Positions 53,413 to 61,637 of a stretch of DNA of 64,000 bases are shown piece by piece; position 1 is the stretch's first letter; each line of letters opens with the position of its first letter. A model generated the notes under the pieces. The model was not told where the DNA came from. It worked only from the letters and a program-made list of their open reading frames with translations, and did no database searches. Made by a program: the position numbers and the translations under genes. The DNA lies in the IMG/VR virus record IMGVR_UViG_3300011271_000009, positions 2,076 to 66,075 of that record; one strand, 5' to 3'. This stretch comes from a virus.

Positions 53413-53441
53413 AGCTTATCAGAGCGCAACGCTGCTTGCAA
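53413..53441 (-). promoter_or_regulatory. sigma70-like promoter overlapped by direct repeats
   Basis: TTGCAA-N17-TAAGCT with TGn; GCGCAACGC at 53404 and 53424. Confidence 0.6.
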
Positions 53442-53595
53442 GAATTCCACGCAAACTATTATGGGTGTGTGAGTTGTGCCCAATGCGGAGCAGCTGAAGC
53501 AAAGTAGGTAGTAGAATCGGGTATTCCCGTAACTTGCTGCGCTGGTAGCTTTGGATTCTAGCACTTGGCGGAATTTGCCCCACGGGTTTGCCCCA

Positions 53596-53829
53596 TTACT
53601 CGGTTTCGGGCTCAATGAGCACTGGCTGCCATTCGATGAGGTCCTTATAGCCCCCCGGCTCAATCTCATCCCAGAGCACCGGCATCGTGCCTACATAGCC
53701 GCCCAGCATGGCTTGGAACGATAGCATCAGAGAGAAGCCATTGTCCGATGCTAGGAACACCACTCCAGGCACCATCCGCCCCTTGTAGGTGATACGCACA
53801 CGGTCACCTTGCTTGAAGCTATGGGTCAT
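53596..53829 (-). CDS. small SH3-like beta protein
   Basis: FKQGDRVRITYKG. Confidence 0.65.
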   Translation of the reverse strand: MTHSFKQGDRVRITYKGRMVPGVVFLASDNGFSLMLSFQAMLGGYVGTMPVLWDEIEPGGYKDLIEWQPVLIEPETE

Positions 53830-54044
53830 TTGGGCTCCTCCAGGTTATTGATGCCACGCGGGTCTATGGGACAGTCAGCAGCAACGCCCTGCCCGGCGCG
53901 TGCCGTGACCCGGTAGCAGACCGGGCAGCAGCGTATGCGGACGTGGAAAGCGTCAGGCTTTTTACCCGGCGATTGTGCGCCGAAGCCGATGTCCTCCTGG
54001 TCCGTGCCCCTGCGCATTCTCTGGAAACTTCGGTGCTTGCCCAT
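53826..54044 (-). CDS. hypothetical protein
   Basis: coupled ORF; CPVC. Confidence 0.5.
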   Translation of the reverse strand: MGKHRSFQRMRRGTDQEDIGFGAQSPGKKPDAFHVRIRCCPVCYRVTARAGQGVAADCPIDPRGINNLEEPK

Positions 54045-54046
54045 CT

Positions 54047-54358
54047 TTATGCCCTCGCTAAGTTAGTAAACATGTGCGTGTGGATGCAGCCGCTCTCCTC
54101 CGGCACTGGCTCGCAGTTAGCGCAGTAGGGGATGTAGAGCTGCAGACACTCTCCGCCGCCTGCACACATGTCACCTTGTGGGCCACCCTGCTCAAACTCG
54201 ATGCTATGGATGCTCAGGGAGGCTATGCGGCCCTTGATTATACTCCCACAATGGGAACAGCGGATGAGACCATTCCCATCCGCTGCTGTGTGCTGCAGGA
54301 ACCACTCCGACATCTGCCGCAGCGCGTCATCGATGTGGACTCGTTGGAAGGTTTTCAT
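54047..54358 (-). CDS. zinc-binding hypothetical protein
   Basis: CSHCG...PYCANCE. Confidence 0.6.
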   Translation of the reverse strand: MKTFQRVHIDDALRQMSEWFLQHTAADGNGLIRCSHCGSIIKGRIASLSIHSIEFEQGGPQGDMCAGGGECLQLYIPYCANCEPVPEESGCIHTHMFTNLARA

Positions 54359-54798
54359 TGGCTCTTCCTTGTCTTCATGGCACCGCCGTGCTGGGACAAG
54401 CCAAAGCGGCGAGGGTCTTCAATCGGCATATAATCCGGCGCTGTTATTGAACGATAGCCTGAATCTGCGGTGCCTCGTTTTAGCAGCGCCACAAGCGATC
54501 CGCATCTCAACCCGGTAGGCCCAATTGTGGTGTAGTAATCCGGCAGCCCCTTATAGCGCCTGAATCCTTTGAAGCAAGAGCCGCACATCAGATACAGGCG
54601 TGAGAAGTAGTGCAGCACAGATGGGCGGCTGTAGATAGCAACAGCGTCTTCGCCACCGACCAACTTGCCGCAATAATTCACTCCTCGCTGCTCTTGTGCC
54701 CATCCTGACGCACAATCGCAGAAAGACCACCGCCCATCCCGCAGCAGTAGCAAGCCGCTATCTAGGCAGTTCTTGCAAGGTACTAGAATATGCGTCAT
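54355..54798 (-). CDS. Cys-rich hypothetical protein
   Basis: CKNCLDSG...FCDCASG; ATGA overlap. Confidence 0.55.
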   Translation of the reverse strand: MTHILVPCKNCLDSGLLLLRDGRWSFCDCASGWAQEQRGVNYCGKLVGGEDAVAIYSRPSVLHYFSRLYLMCGSCFKGFRRYKGLPDYYTTIGPTGLRCGSLVALLKRGTADSGYRSITAPDYMPIEDPRRFGLSQHGGAMKTRKSQ

Positions 54799-54972
54799 GG
54801 GCGCTCCCCAGGCAGCATGTTCATCAGCTTGTACCAGCCCTTCTGCAGGCCCACATAGACCCAGACCTGCCCCTGCTGATCGAGGCCGTAGCAGACCGGG
54901 ATGGTGATCCTGGTGATTGCATCCGTCAGGTTCGTGGTGCTGATTTGCTCGAAATGGGGGTGTGCGTTTCAT
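54795..54972 (-). pseudogene. small gene needing a +1 shift at a C5 run (frameshifted or recoded)
   Basis: ATG AAA CGC ACA CCC (C) CAT TTC GAG...; 178 nt = 59 codons + 1; ATGA overlaps at both ends. Confidence 0.5.
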
Positions 54973-55193
54973 ACAGCCTCCTTCAAATCGCGCTCCGCGA
55001 GGTCCTGCACCAGTTTGAACTGCACGGCGGTGATGATCCGCAGAGCCACTGCGTTCATGTAGAAGGCCCACTCTTCAGTGGTCAGCGGGCCTTCCTTGGC
55101 CAGCAGCCCGCAGGCGTGCTGAAATACGGCGATGCAGAACTCCTCCCGCCGCTGCTGACGCTGCGCCTGTTTGCTGATAGGTGTGTTGTTCAT
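54969..55193 (-). CDS. hypothetical protein
   Basis: ATGA overlap with the integrase stop. Confidence 0.6.
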   Translation of the reverse strand: MNNTPISKQAQRQQRREEFCIAVFQHACGLLAKEGPLTTEEWAFYMNAVALRIITAVQFKLVQDLAERDLKEAV

Positions 55194-56335
55194 GGCCGCA
55201 CCTCCTCGACTACGGGCTCAGTGACACCCACCATGCGCTCTAATTCAGCGGCCTGCCGCAGGTGGCGCGTGTCTACCGCATCCACCACAGCCATGCGGCG
55301 CTGACGGCGGACATGCGAGTAACGCCGCCAGGTCTCGTCATCCTTCTCGCTGTGCCCGACCAGCTCCTTGCCCGAGGCTTCTGACAGCGTAGGATTCTCA
55401 GCCACATTGGTAATGAAAGTGTGGCGCAGATCGTGGAAACGCAGCTTGGCCAGCTGCGGGAACTCGGCAGCAGCCTTCTTGCGGATAGCGATGAAGACGC
55501 CGCGCCAAGTGCTACGCGGCGCACTGGGCCGTGTGGCCACGCAGAACACATAGTGCCCTGGTGCGCCTCCGCCTAGGCGCTGAGTCAGCTGCAGCTGCTC
55601 TGCCAGAATGCGCTGCGCCGTCTCATTCAGCTCCACGAAACGCTCGCTGTCCTTGGTCTTGGCGCTGCCCTTGAGGACTTCCACCCACTTGACCTCACGG
55701 TCGATGTGGATGTCCTGCCAGCGCAGATACTTCAGCTCACAGGAGCGCATCCCTGTGTTCAGAGCCAGCTCGATGATGGCTGCGATGGGATGCCAGCGTT
55801 CCTCGCTCCATGCGGTTTCGATCAGGTGGACTGTCTCCTCGGATGACATCGCCCAGCCCGTGCGTTCGTTGTTGGGAGGCAGGGCTTTGATGTCCTCGGT
55901 GAATTTGTGCCAGAGCTTGGCCCTCCTCAGAGTCTGGCGAATCGCGCACAGATCAACATTCAGCGTGGAGTTTGCGACCGTCTCCAGCCGCTTGCGCATG
56001 AAGGCCCGCAGGTCATCCACGCTCAGCTTGTGGACGGGCTTGGTTGCCAGCTCTGGGAAGAGCCGCAGGACTGAGACTGACCGCCTGTAGGACATGCGGC
56101 TGGACTCCTTGATGGACCACAGCGGGTCGCTGATGAGCTGCTCCATGGCTTCGATCAGGGGCAGCTTGGCAAAGGGCTGATGACTGGCACTCAGCTTACC
56201 AGCGTGCGCGTCAGCGATCAGCTGCTTTTCCAGGTTGTAGGCTTCTCTTTTATCGCTGGTCTTCAGCGATACCTCGTAACGTTTGCCATGCACGGTGAAT
56301 CGGGCGTGGTATGTGTCTCCTCGTTTGCGTAACAT
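55190..56335 (-). CDS. int: tyrosine recombinase/integrase
   Basis: N-terminal arm-binding YHARF...SLKT; GMRSCEL, K, HDLRH, VGH, RRY catalytic set. Confidence 0.92.
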   Translation of the reverse strand: MLRKRGDTYHARFTVHGKRYEVSLKTSDKREAYNLEKQLIADAHAGKLSASHQPFAKLPLIEAMEQLISDPLWSIKESSRMSYRRSVSVLRLFPELATKPVHKLSVDDLRAFMRKRLETVANSTLNVDLCAIRQTLRRAKLWHKFTEDIKALPPNNERTGWAMSSEETVHLIETAWSEERWHPIAAIIELALNTGMRSCELKYLRWQDIHIDREVKWVEVLKGSAKTKDSERFVELNETAQRILAEQLQLTQRLGGGAPGHYVFCVATRPSAPRSTWRGVFIAIRKKAAAEFPQLAKLRFHDLRHTFITNVAENPTLSEASGKELVGHSEKDDETWRRYSHVRRQRRMAVVDAVDTRHLRQAAELERMVGVTEPVVEEVRP

Positions 56336-56340
56336 AAAAT

Positions 56341-56604
56341 GCACCTCCTATAGTGCGCTCATTGGGGCCAGCAAGCTGGGCACTGTCTCCAGTGCCATGC
56401 GGGTGTATTGGGCAGCCTACTAACCCCAGTGGAGCCATCCAGCGGCGCGTGGGAGGCAGGGGTTGCCGCCGTGACATGTGGGCACGACGCCCCTCTGGGC
56501 TTTTGGCCCAGCCCGTTGAATGGCTCCGTAGGCTCCAGCTCTGCGCTCCGTCAACCCCCCAGGGTCGCTGTTGCTTGGTTGAGCTGGAACCTACGCGGCC
56601 ATTC
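56341..56604 (-). ncRNA. highly structured RNA upstream of integrase
   Basis: 16-bp helix with G-U pairs (56363-78/56413-28), GAGA tetraloop hairpin, long helix 56518-56604. Confidence 0.6.
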
Positions 56605-56623
56605 AGACAGACCGCATCCTCTT

Positions 56624-56842
56624 TCAGTTGTGCTCGAACTTCTGGATGAACTCCCGCATCGCTTCCATCAGCTCCTTGCGTTCTGCATTGCTGGCGTAGA
56701 ACATCGAACCCCCTTTGCCCCAGCTGAAGATCAGCAGGGCAAAGCCGAATCCCTTAGGCATCGTGCTCTGTAACAGGTCCCCGATATACTTCAGCTTCGC
56801 CTCTGCCTCTGCGTGCCTGACTTCAAAGTCCCCTACGTCCAC
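56624..56842 (-). CDS. conserved phage small protein
   Basis: GFALLIF...FYASNAERKELMEAMREFI; GGAGG RBS. Confidence 0.7.
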   Translation of the reverse strand: MDVGDFEVRHAEAEAKLKYIGDLLQSTMPKGFGFALLIFSWGKGGSMFYASNAERKELMEAMREFIQKFEHN

Positions 56843-56948
56843 CTGACATCCTCCGGCCCGTCCTGGGCCATTTCTGTGCGTTCCAGCGATATCCTGCGCA
56901 CTGGGCTAACCGTCCTGTGACCACCCAGAGCACTGTACGCCCGCAGCC

Positions 56949-57223
56949 CTACGGTGCGGAATTGTTTTTGCGCTTGTCCAGACATTCGGTGCAGAATCGA
57001 ATGCTGCGCACATGGTCAATTGGATTGCTGCACCTGACGCATTGTCCGGATAATACCCTGCGGGTTTCAAGCCGACGCCTGACCGCATTGTGCTTCTCAC
57101 GGCATTCCTTGTGCGATTCAGAGAGCGGCCTCCCGCAACGCTCACATTTGCCCGCATCTTTGCGCTTTTGTAGTGCTCGCCTTAAACTGCCGCGTTCCTC
57201 CTTGCTGGGTCTTGGGAGGGCAC
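56949..57223 (-). pseudogene. zinc-finger protein gene with frameshift at a T run near 57184
   Basis: GTG after GGGGAG reads MPSQDPARRNAAV*; the -1 frame continues LRRALQKRKDAGKCERCG...GQCVRCS...CTEC. Confidence 0.5.
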
Positions 57224-57224
57224 G

Positions 57225-57698
57225 CTATGCTCCCCTTTCGCTGGCCACCCAAGCCAGCGAAGCCTCATCGGCATCTGCGTAACGCGTCTGGTCTGCTTGG
57301 CCAGGATTGCGCTGACTGCCGTAAGTAGTCTCATGCCGGTGTGTGCCACAGTGCAGGCACACGGTGTGAAATGTCATCGTCGTACCACCACGGCTCCATA
57401 CGCCGGGATTCTCTTTGACGCCACCGACTACTTCATAGGGCGCTTCCCACTCATGCTCATTACCATCGGCGCACTCTGGGACTTCCGGCTCTGGCCCGGC
57501 CTCTACTTCGTCCCGCTCCTGTTCGCCGGTATAGTCGCCGTCTGCGCCCAGTGCGGCACACCATACTGTGACCATCACACGGCTGTCATAGCTTCCGCTA
57601 GCAGCCCAATCCCGCGCTTGCACCATCGCGGCATCCATACTCTCGGCGTCAATAATTTCCCTTGCGCCACCATCTTCGCGTATCTCGTACTTAGCCAT
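57225..57698 (-). CDS. acidic hypothetical protein
   Basis: HEWEAPYEVVGG...NPGVW...CLHCG. Confidence 0.7.
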   Translation of the reverse strand: MAKYEIREDGGAREIIDAESMDAAMVQARDWAASGSYDSRVMVTVWCAALGADGDYTGEQERDEVEAGPEPEVPECADGNEHEWEAPYEVVGGVKENPGVWSRGGTTMTFHTVCLHCGTHRHETTYGSQRNPGQADQTRYADADEASLAWVASERGA

Positions 57699-57755
57699 AA
57701 GAATCCCCCTCGCCCTCACTGGACGCCCCCGCTTACCTGTGCGTCCTGCCTACAT

Positions 57756-57784
57756 TTGACGCGCCGTGCGCAGCGTATCATACT
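57756..57784 (+). promoter_or_regulatory. sigma70-like promoter, probably giving leaderless mRNA
   Basis: TTGACG-N17-CATACT, ATG 7 nt downstream, no SD. Confidence 0.6.
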
Positions 57785-57791
57785 TCAGCCT

Positions 57792-58253
57792 ATGACCGCA
57801 TCTATTCCCGAACTGCTGGGCGTCCGCGAGCTGGCCCGCCGCTTGAGCATGAGCCAATCCGCCGTGCGCCGCTTTGCCTACAGGGGGCAAATCCCCTTTG
57901 TCAAGATCGGTACCCGCCTGCTCTTCGAGCCTGCCTCTGTCGAAGCGTTCCTCAACCAGCACCGCAAGGTGGCTGACCCCATCAGTGCCTCTGACATCCG
58001 GCAGGCGTTGGGCATCCCTGCAGCAAACCGACCCAGGGGTCTAGCTCGCCCACGCGTCGAACTGGAAGAGCCCACTCAAAGCACCGGGCTCTTTGCGGCA
58101 GCTCCAGCTGAGCTGATAGGCCCAGCCCCTTCGATCCAGCCCAACGAGATCACGCGAGAAGCATCCGAGCAGCCCCAGCCCGATCAACCGCCTGCGGACC
58201 CTGCCCAGCCCTTCCGCGATGCCTTCCGGAAGGCGCTGGGAACACAGCCCTAG
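57792..58253 (+). CDS. excisionase-like HTH_17/MerR-type DNA-binding protein with disordered tail
   Basis: LLGVRELARRLSMSQSAVRRFAYRGQIPFVKIGTRLLF. Confidence 0.8.
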   Translation: MTASIPELLGVRELARRLSMSQSAVRRFAYRGQIPFVKIGTRLLFEPASVEAFLNQHRKVADPISASDIRQALGIPAANRPRGLARPRVELEEPTQSTGLFAAAPAELIGPAPSIQPNEITREASEQPQPDQPPADPAQPFRDAFRKALGTQP

Positions 58254-58254
58254 C

Positions 58255-58312
58255 CATGCGGCGCAGTGACGCCTCCCCTAACAGCTCAGCCCATGCCGCA
58301 CTGCGCCGCATG
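58255..58312. repeat. 14-bp perfect inverted repeat between convergent genes
   Basis: CATGCGGCGCAGTG / CACTGCGCCGCATG. Confidence 0.7.
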
Positions 58313-58329
58313 AGCTGAGGCTCAACCGT

Positions 58330-58545
58330 TTATCGATTCCGCTCCCAGTAGGCCAGTTTTGCGTAGTTCCTATCTTCGACGTGTGTGTTGTCTAAGAGCC
58401 CTAGCAGCCTCTTTGCTGCCCAAGTGACCGGTTGCTTGTCTTCCCGCTCCTGCCGTTCGCTCTCATTGGCAATGCCCAACGAACGCAGGACTGCCCAAGC
58501 TTCAAGCTGTGTGAGTTGCAGTGTTACTACCTTCGGTTGTTCCAT
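58330..58545 (-). CDS. hypothetical protein
   Basis: TGGGAGG RBS. Confidence 0.6.
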   Translation of the reverse strand: MEQPKVVTLQLTQLEAWAVLRSLGIANESERQEREDKQPVTWAAKRLLGLLDNTHVEDRNYAKLAYWERNR

Positions 58546-58605
58546 GTGGTTTCCTCCCATAACTGCTCATCGCAGCCCGCAGCAAGGTGCGGGCTGAGTC
58601 AACAG

Positions 58606-59046
58606 TTACTCGGTTGCAAGCGCTTCCAGCGCTGCCAGCAGTGTGCGCGCAATTTCGTGAATCTGGATTTGCTGTGCTCGCATGAGGAGCTGGAATCCGT
58701 CCGTGATACCTGTGCCTTCCTCAAGAGCTTCCGTGAGGAAGTACACATGGTCAGCACGCGCATGGAGCCATGCTGTTAGGTTGTGTGTGTAAGGGTCGGG
58801 CTCCATTTCGTCAATTGCTTCCTCTGGCTCCTCAGCGTCAGCAATAACATAAGCTGCCCGTTCGCAGAATCCATAGATGGTATCGTCCGGCAGCGTATCA
58901 CCGTGTGCCTTATGGCAAACGTCTGTCATCCATTTAGTGGAGCCATCTTTGAGCACAACGAATTTCTGCCCATCATTGCGCGTCCGTGTCTCGAAGGCGT
59001 CTGCAAGCTCAGACGCCAGTTGCTGTACTGTCTTTGTTTCCGTCAT
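58606..59046 (-). CDS. acidic protein, possibly Ocr-like DNA mimic
   Basis: Asp/Glu-rich helical; EPDPYTHNLTAWL...IHEIA; early position. Confidence 0.45.
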   Translation of the reverse strand: MTETKTVQQLASELADAFETRTRNDGQKFVVLKDGSTKWMTDVCHKAHGDTLPDDTIYGFCERAAYVIADAEEPEEAIDEMEPDPYTHNLTAWLHARADHVYFLTEALEEGTGITDGFQLLMRAQQIQIHEIARTLLAALEALATE

Positions 59047-59146
59047 GTGATAGCGCCTCCCAGCGCTGTAGAACGTGTAACCGTTCAGCGCTGCCCATGT
59101 ATGCTGATTCAACGCTGATTCAGCACACAGTGGGCAGAGTCAGCGG

Positions 59147-59536
59147 TCAGCACTCACCAAAGCGCCGCATCACCTCTACACTCAAAGCCTCCGCATACTG
59201 GTCGCAGAATTCTAGCTGGACGCCTCCGTAATGCGCGAAGTACTTTGGGTCAGTGTCTCCGGGTTTGCAGGTAAGGAAACTCATAACCGCAGAGACGGTT
59301 TCGTCTGAGTCAATCGCGTGCAACGGTGAGCAGTGGAAATCCTCACCTTTGAAGATTGGCCAAGTGTCCCCGTCACAGTGCTCAATCAACTCATAGCTAA
59401 GAATGCTCTTGCCGTCGCTGTCTGTACGGTGCGTGTCGAATAGTCGCAAAGTGAACCATGCGCCGATATACTTGCCCTTCCTCCGAGATCGCCCATAGGG
59501 ATAAAATCGGCATGTCCGAATCAATTCTGGTTTCAT
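59147..59536 (-). CDS. conserved phage hypothetical protein
   Basis: FTLRLFDT...IFKGEDFHCSPLHAIDSDETV. Confidence 0.7.
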   Translation of the reverse strand: MKPELIRTCRFYPYGRSRRKGKYIGAWFTLRLFDTHRTDSDGKSILSYELIEHCDGDTWPIFKGEDFHCSPLHAIDSDETVSAVMSFLTCKPGDTDPKYFAHYGGVQLEFCDQYAEALSVEVMRRFGEC

Positions 59537-59620
59537 GTTGAGGAGTCCTCCCAGACTCCGGTAGAGCGGGTAAGCGCTCAGCTCTGCCCATTTCCCATTA
59601 TGGGCAGAATCAACGCTTAG

Positions 59621-59815
59621 CTATGCGTCCTTCCTTTCCACGCTGCGAAACGCAGCCGCAATCGTCCGTTTGCTGAATCCCAGCGCGTGGAGCTGGTCAC
59701 AGAGCGCGGCTAGTTCCTCCCGCTCCACTTCCTCAAAGTACTTGCCAGCGTCGGATTCAATGCCCCAGAGTCCGCCGGAGGTGATAGTTTGAGTGTTGGT
59801 TTCCGGCGTCATCAC
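59621..59815 (-). CDS. hypothetical protein
   Basis: ITSGGLWGIESD...YFEEVEREEL. Confidence 0.65.
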   Translation of the reverse strand: MMTPETNTQTITSGGLWGIESDAGKYFEEVEREELAALCDQLHALGFSKRTIAAAFRSVERKDA

Positions 59816-60060
59816 CTCACCTCACATTCCGCGATGCGCTCCGCAGCATCGACTAAAGAGAACTGCTGGTCAAGCTGGTACGCCTGATACTCGCGGATTG
59901 CTGCGCTCACCTGGCGCAGGGAATAGAGTCCAGACTGCAGGGCGAAGTGAGTGTGCGCTCGCTCGGGTGAGTCCAGGTATGCGATGTTGTGGAACTGGTG
60001 TAAGGTGAGCGCTGCTTGTGTGATTCGCGCTGCACGTGGTTTGCTGCTGATTCGTTTCAT
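59812..60060 (-). CDS. hypothetical protein
   Basis: ATG after the SD-loop hairpin. Confidence 0.55.
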   Translation of the reverse strand: MKRISSKPRAARITQAALTLHQFHNIAYLDSPERAHTHFALQSGLYSLRQVSAAIREYQAYQLDQQFSLVDAAERIAECEVR

Positions 60061-60140
60061 GTTGTGCACCCTCCCAAGGTGCTTTGACTGCGAAGTGGCC
60101 ACATGGCCACGTTTCGGGTATCAAACCCTCTTCAGGCAGC

Positions 60141-60947
60141 CTAGTTTGGGCAATGGCTGAAATCGTCCGCGCCATTGCTATGCTTGCTTGCAGGTTCGCC
60201 GCATGAGCAGCAAATAGGGTCATCCTCATCTGTGGGCTCTTTCGCCCACACAGAGAATCCGATATCAAACTGGCCAGTAGAATCGAGTACGAAAATCAGC
60301 GGACGTTTCTCCCCTTTGGCGCGGAGTGCTTTGTATATCGCCTTAGGGTCATCGTTTTGCCCCGGATGAAACCCGCTCTCAAATCCGTCTTTGAGTTGCG
60401 TGTAGCCGTGGTCTGCTGGGTCAATGCTGTGAATCGTGACGCAGCTCTGTGGCTTGTCGTGCAGCGAGTCAAGATACGCCTCAGGGTCAATGCACTCAAC
60501 ACAGAACAGCTCACCGGAATCTTCAGGCATCCAAAATGATTGCTGCCACTGGTAGCTATCAGCTTGAGTGCGAACTGCTTTCCCGCAACCGGAACATGTG
60601 CACCACTCGTCTTCCCATTCGAGTGAGTAACCGGCACGCTCTAGGATGCATTGCACGCGTTTGGAAACATTGTTCCAGTTCGCAAGCAAGATGCCCTTTG
60701 GCGTGTCCGTGTAACCTGGCTCAGCATAGCCGTGAGATGAGTTGATATTGTCCATCGGGTATTGTTCAGAGATGCGCATTGTGCGGCCACTCCAGCCAGT
60801 TAGCGCGCAACGCGGCATCTGGTCTGGGTGTACGTGGTCATAGGAATTTAGCTTAGCATTCTCCGCGTCACGTTTCGCCCATTCTGTGAGCTGTGACTCG
60901 GAGGGTTTCGAGTGTAGTGCTGCAAGTAGGATTCTCTCTGCGGTCAT
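60141..60947 (-). CDS. first early gene, hypothetical with CxxC pairs
   Basis: GYAEPGY...LANWN...CSGC...CVEC...GFHPGQND; follows the promoter and SD hairpin. Confidence 0.72.
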   Translation of the reverse strand: MTAERILLAALHSKPSESQLTEWAKRDAENAKLNSYDHVHPDQMPRCALTGWSGRTMRISEQYPMDNINSSHGYAEPGYTDTPKGILLANWNNVSKRVQCILERAGYSLEWEDEWCTCSGCGKAVRTQADSYQWQQSFWMPEDSGELFCVECIDPEAYLDSLHDKPQSCVTIHSIDPADHGYTQLKDGFESGFHPGQNDDPKAIYKALRAKGEKRPLIFVLDSTGQFDIGFSVWAKEPTDEDDPICCSCGEPASKHSNGADDFSHCPN

Positions 60948-60975
60948 GTGCTGTACCCTCCCAAGGTACGTATCC

Positions 60976-61003
60976 AGCATACGCCTAAGCAGGGCAATGT
61001 CAA
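60976..61003 (-). promoter_or_regulatory. strong sigma70-like early promoter
   Basis: TTGACA-N16-TATGCT with AT-rich upstream. Confidence 0.7.
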
Positions 61004-61223
61004 GCAATATTTGCGTAAGTGGGCCTAACGGAGCCCATGTTGGCACACGTCCCAAACTGGCACAGTGGGCAGTCCAGTACGCTCCCAGCGCTGCTATTTT
61101 TCTGCGCTTGGGTGTTGACAAGAATTCGCGGAGTGTGTTTCGCTGAACAGCAGTTCCGCTGCGAGCCCGGTACGCACCACGCGGAAGCTGCTCGCAATCA
61201 ATCTGATGGGAGAGTTGTTTGCA

Positions 61224-61637
61224 ATGGATGGGGAGCTGGCGGAGCAGTCTAGCACGGGTGCGCTCAGCGGCACAGAGGCGCAAGGGACGCAAACAGGCAT
61301 AGCAGTTTCTCAGAGCACTAGGCCCGCACATTGGTGGCAACCTGGCCAGTCCGGTAACCCTGGCGGACGGCCAAAGACTAAGCGCATCACGGATGCGATT
61401 GTCGCGATACTGGAAGAGGACGGCGCAGATGGCCTAGTGCGTGATGCTGTGGACGCTGCAAAGGCGTCTAAGAAGCCACAGGACAAGCTAGAAATGGTCG
61501 CATGGATGGCCGACAGGACCGAAGGCAAACCCGTGCAAGCGCACCTTGTAGAGGCGCATGTGCACGAATCCACGGCACAGCAGATTGTGAGTCTGCTGGA
61601 AGCGCTGCAAGGGCTCAAGTCCGACCACAACACATAA
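61224..61637 (+). CDS. terS: terminase small subunit-like (DUF5681 motif)
   Basis: WQPGQSGNPGGRPK; DRTEGKPVQ. Confidence 0.75.
   Translation: MDGELAEQSSTGALSGTEAQGTQTGIAVSQSTRPAHWWQPGQSGNPGGRPKTKRITDAIVAILEEDGADGLVRDAVDAAKASKKPQDKLEMVAWMADRTEGKPVQAHLVEAHVHESTAQQIVSLLEALQGLKSDHNT

Noticed and set aside
56906-57157. 83-aa ORF from the track
   Set aside because: Alternative frame of the Cys-rich frameshifted gene 56949..57223
26252-57705. Identical 12-mer GCCATAAGAATC at 26252 and 57694 as att or operator site
   Set aside because: Both copies are the spacer plus start codon of minus-strand genes; two copies are not enough support
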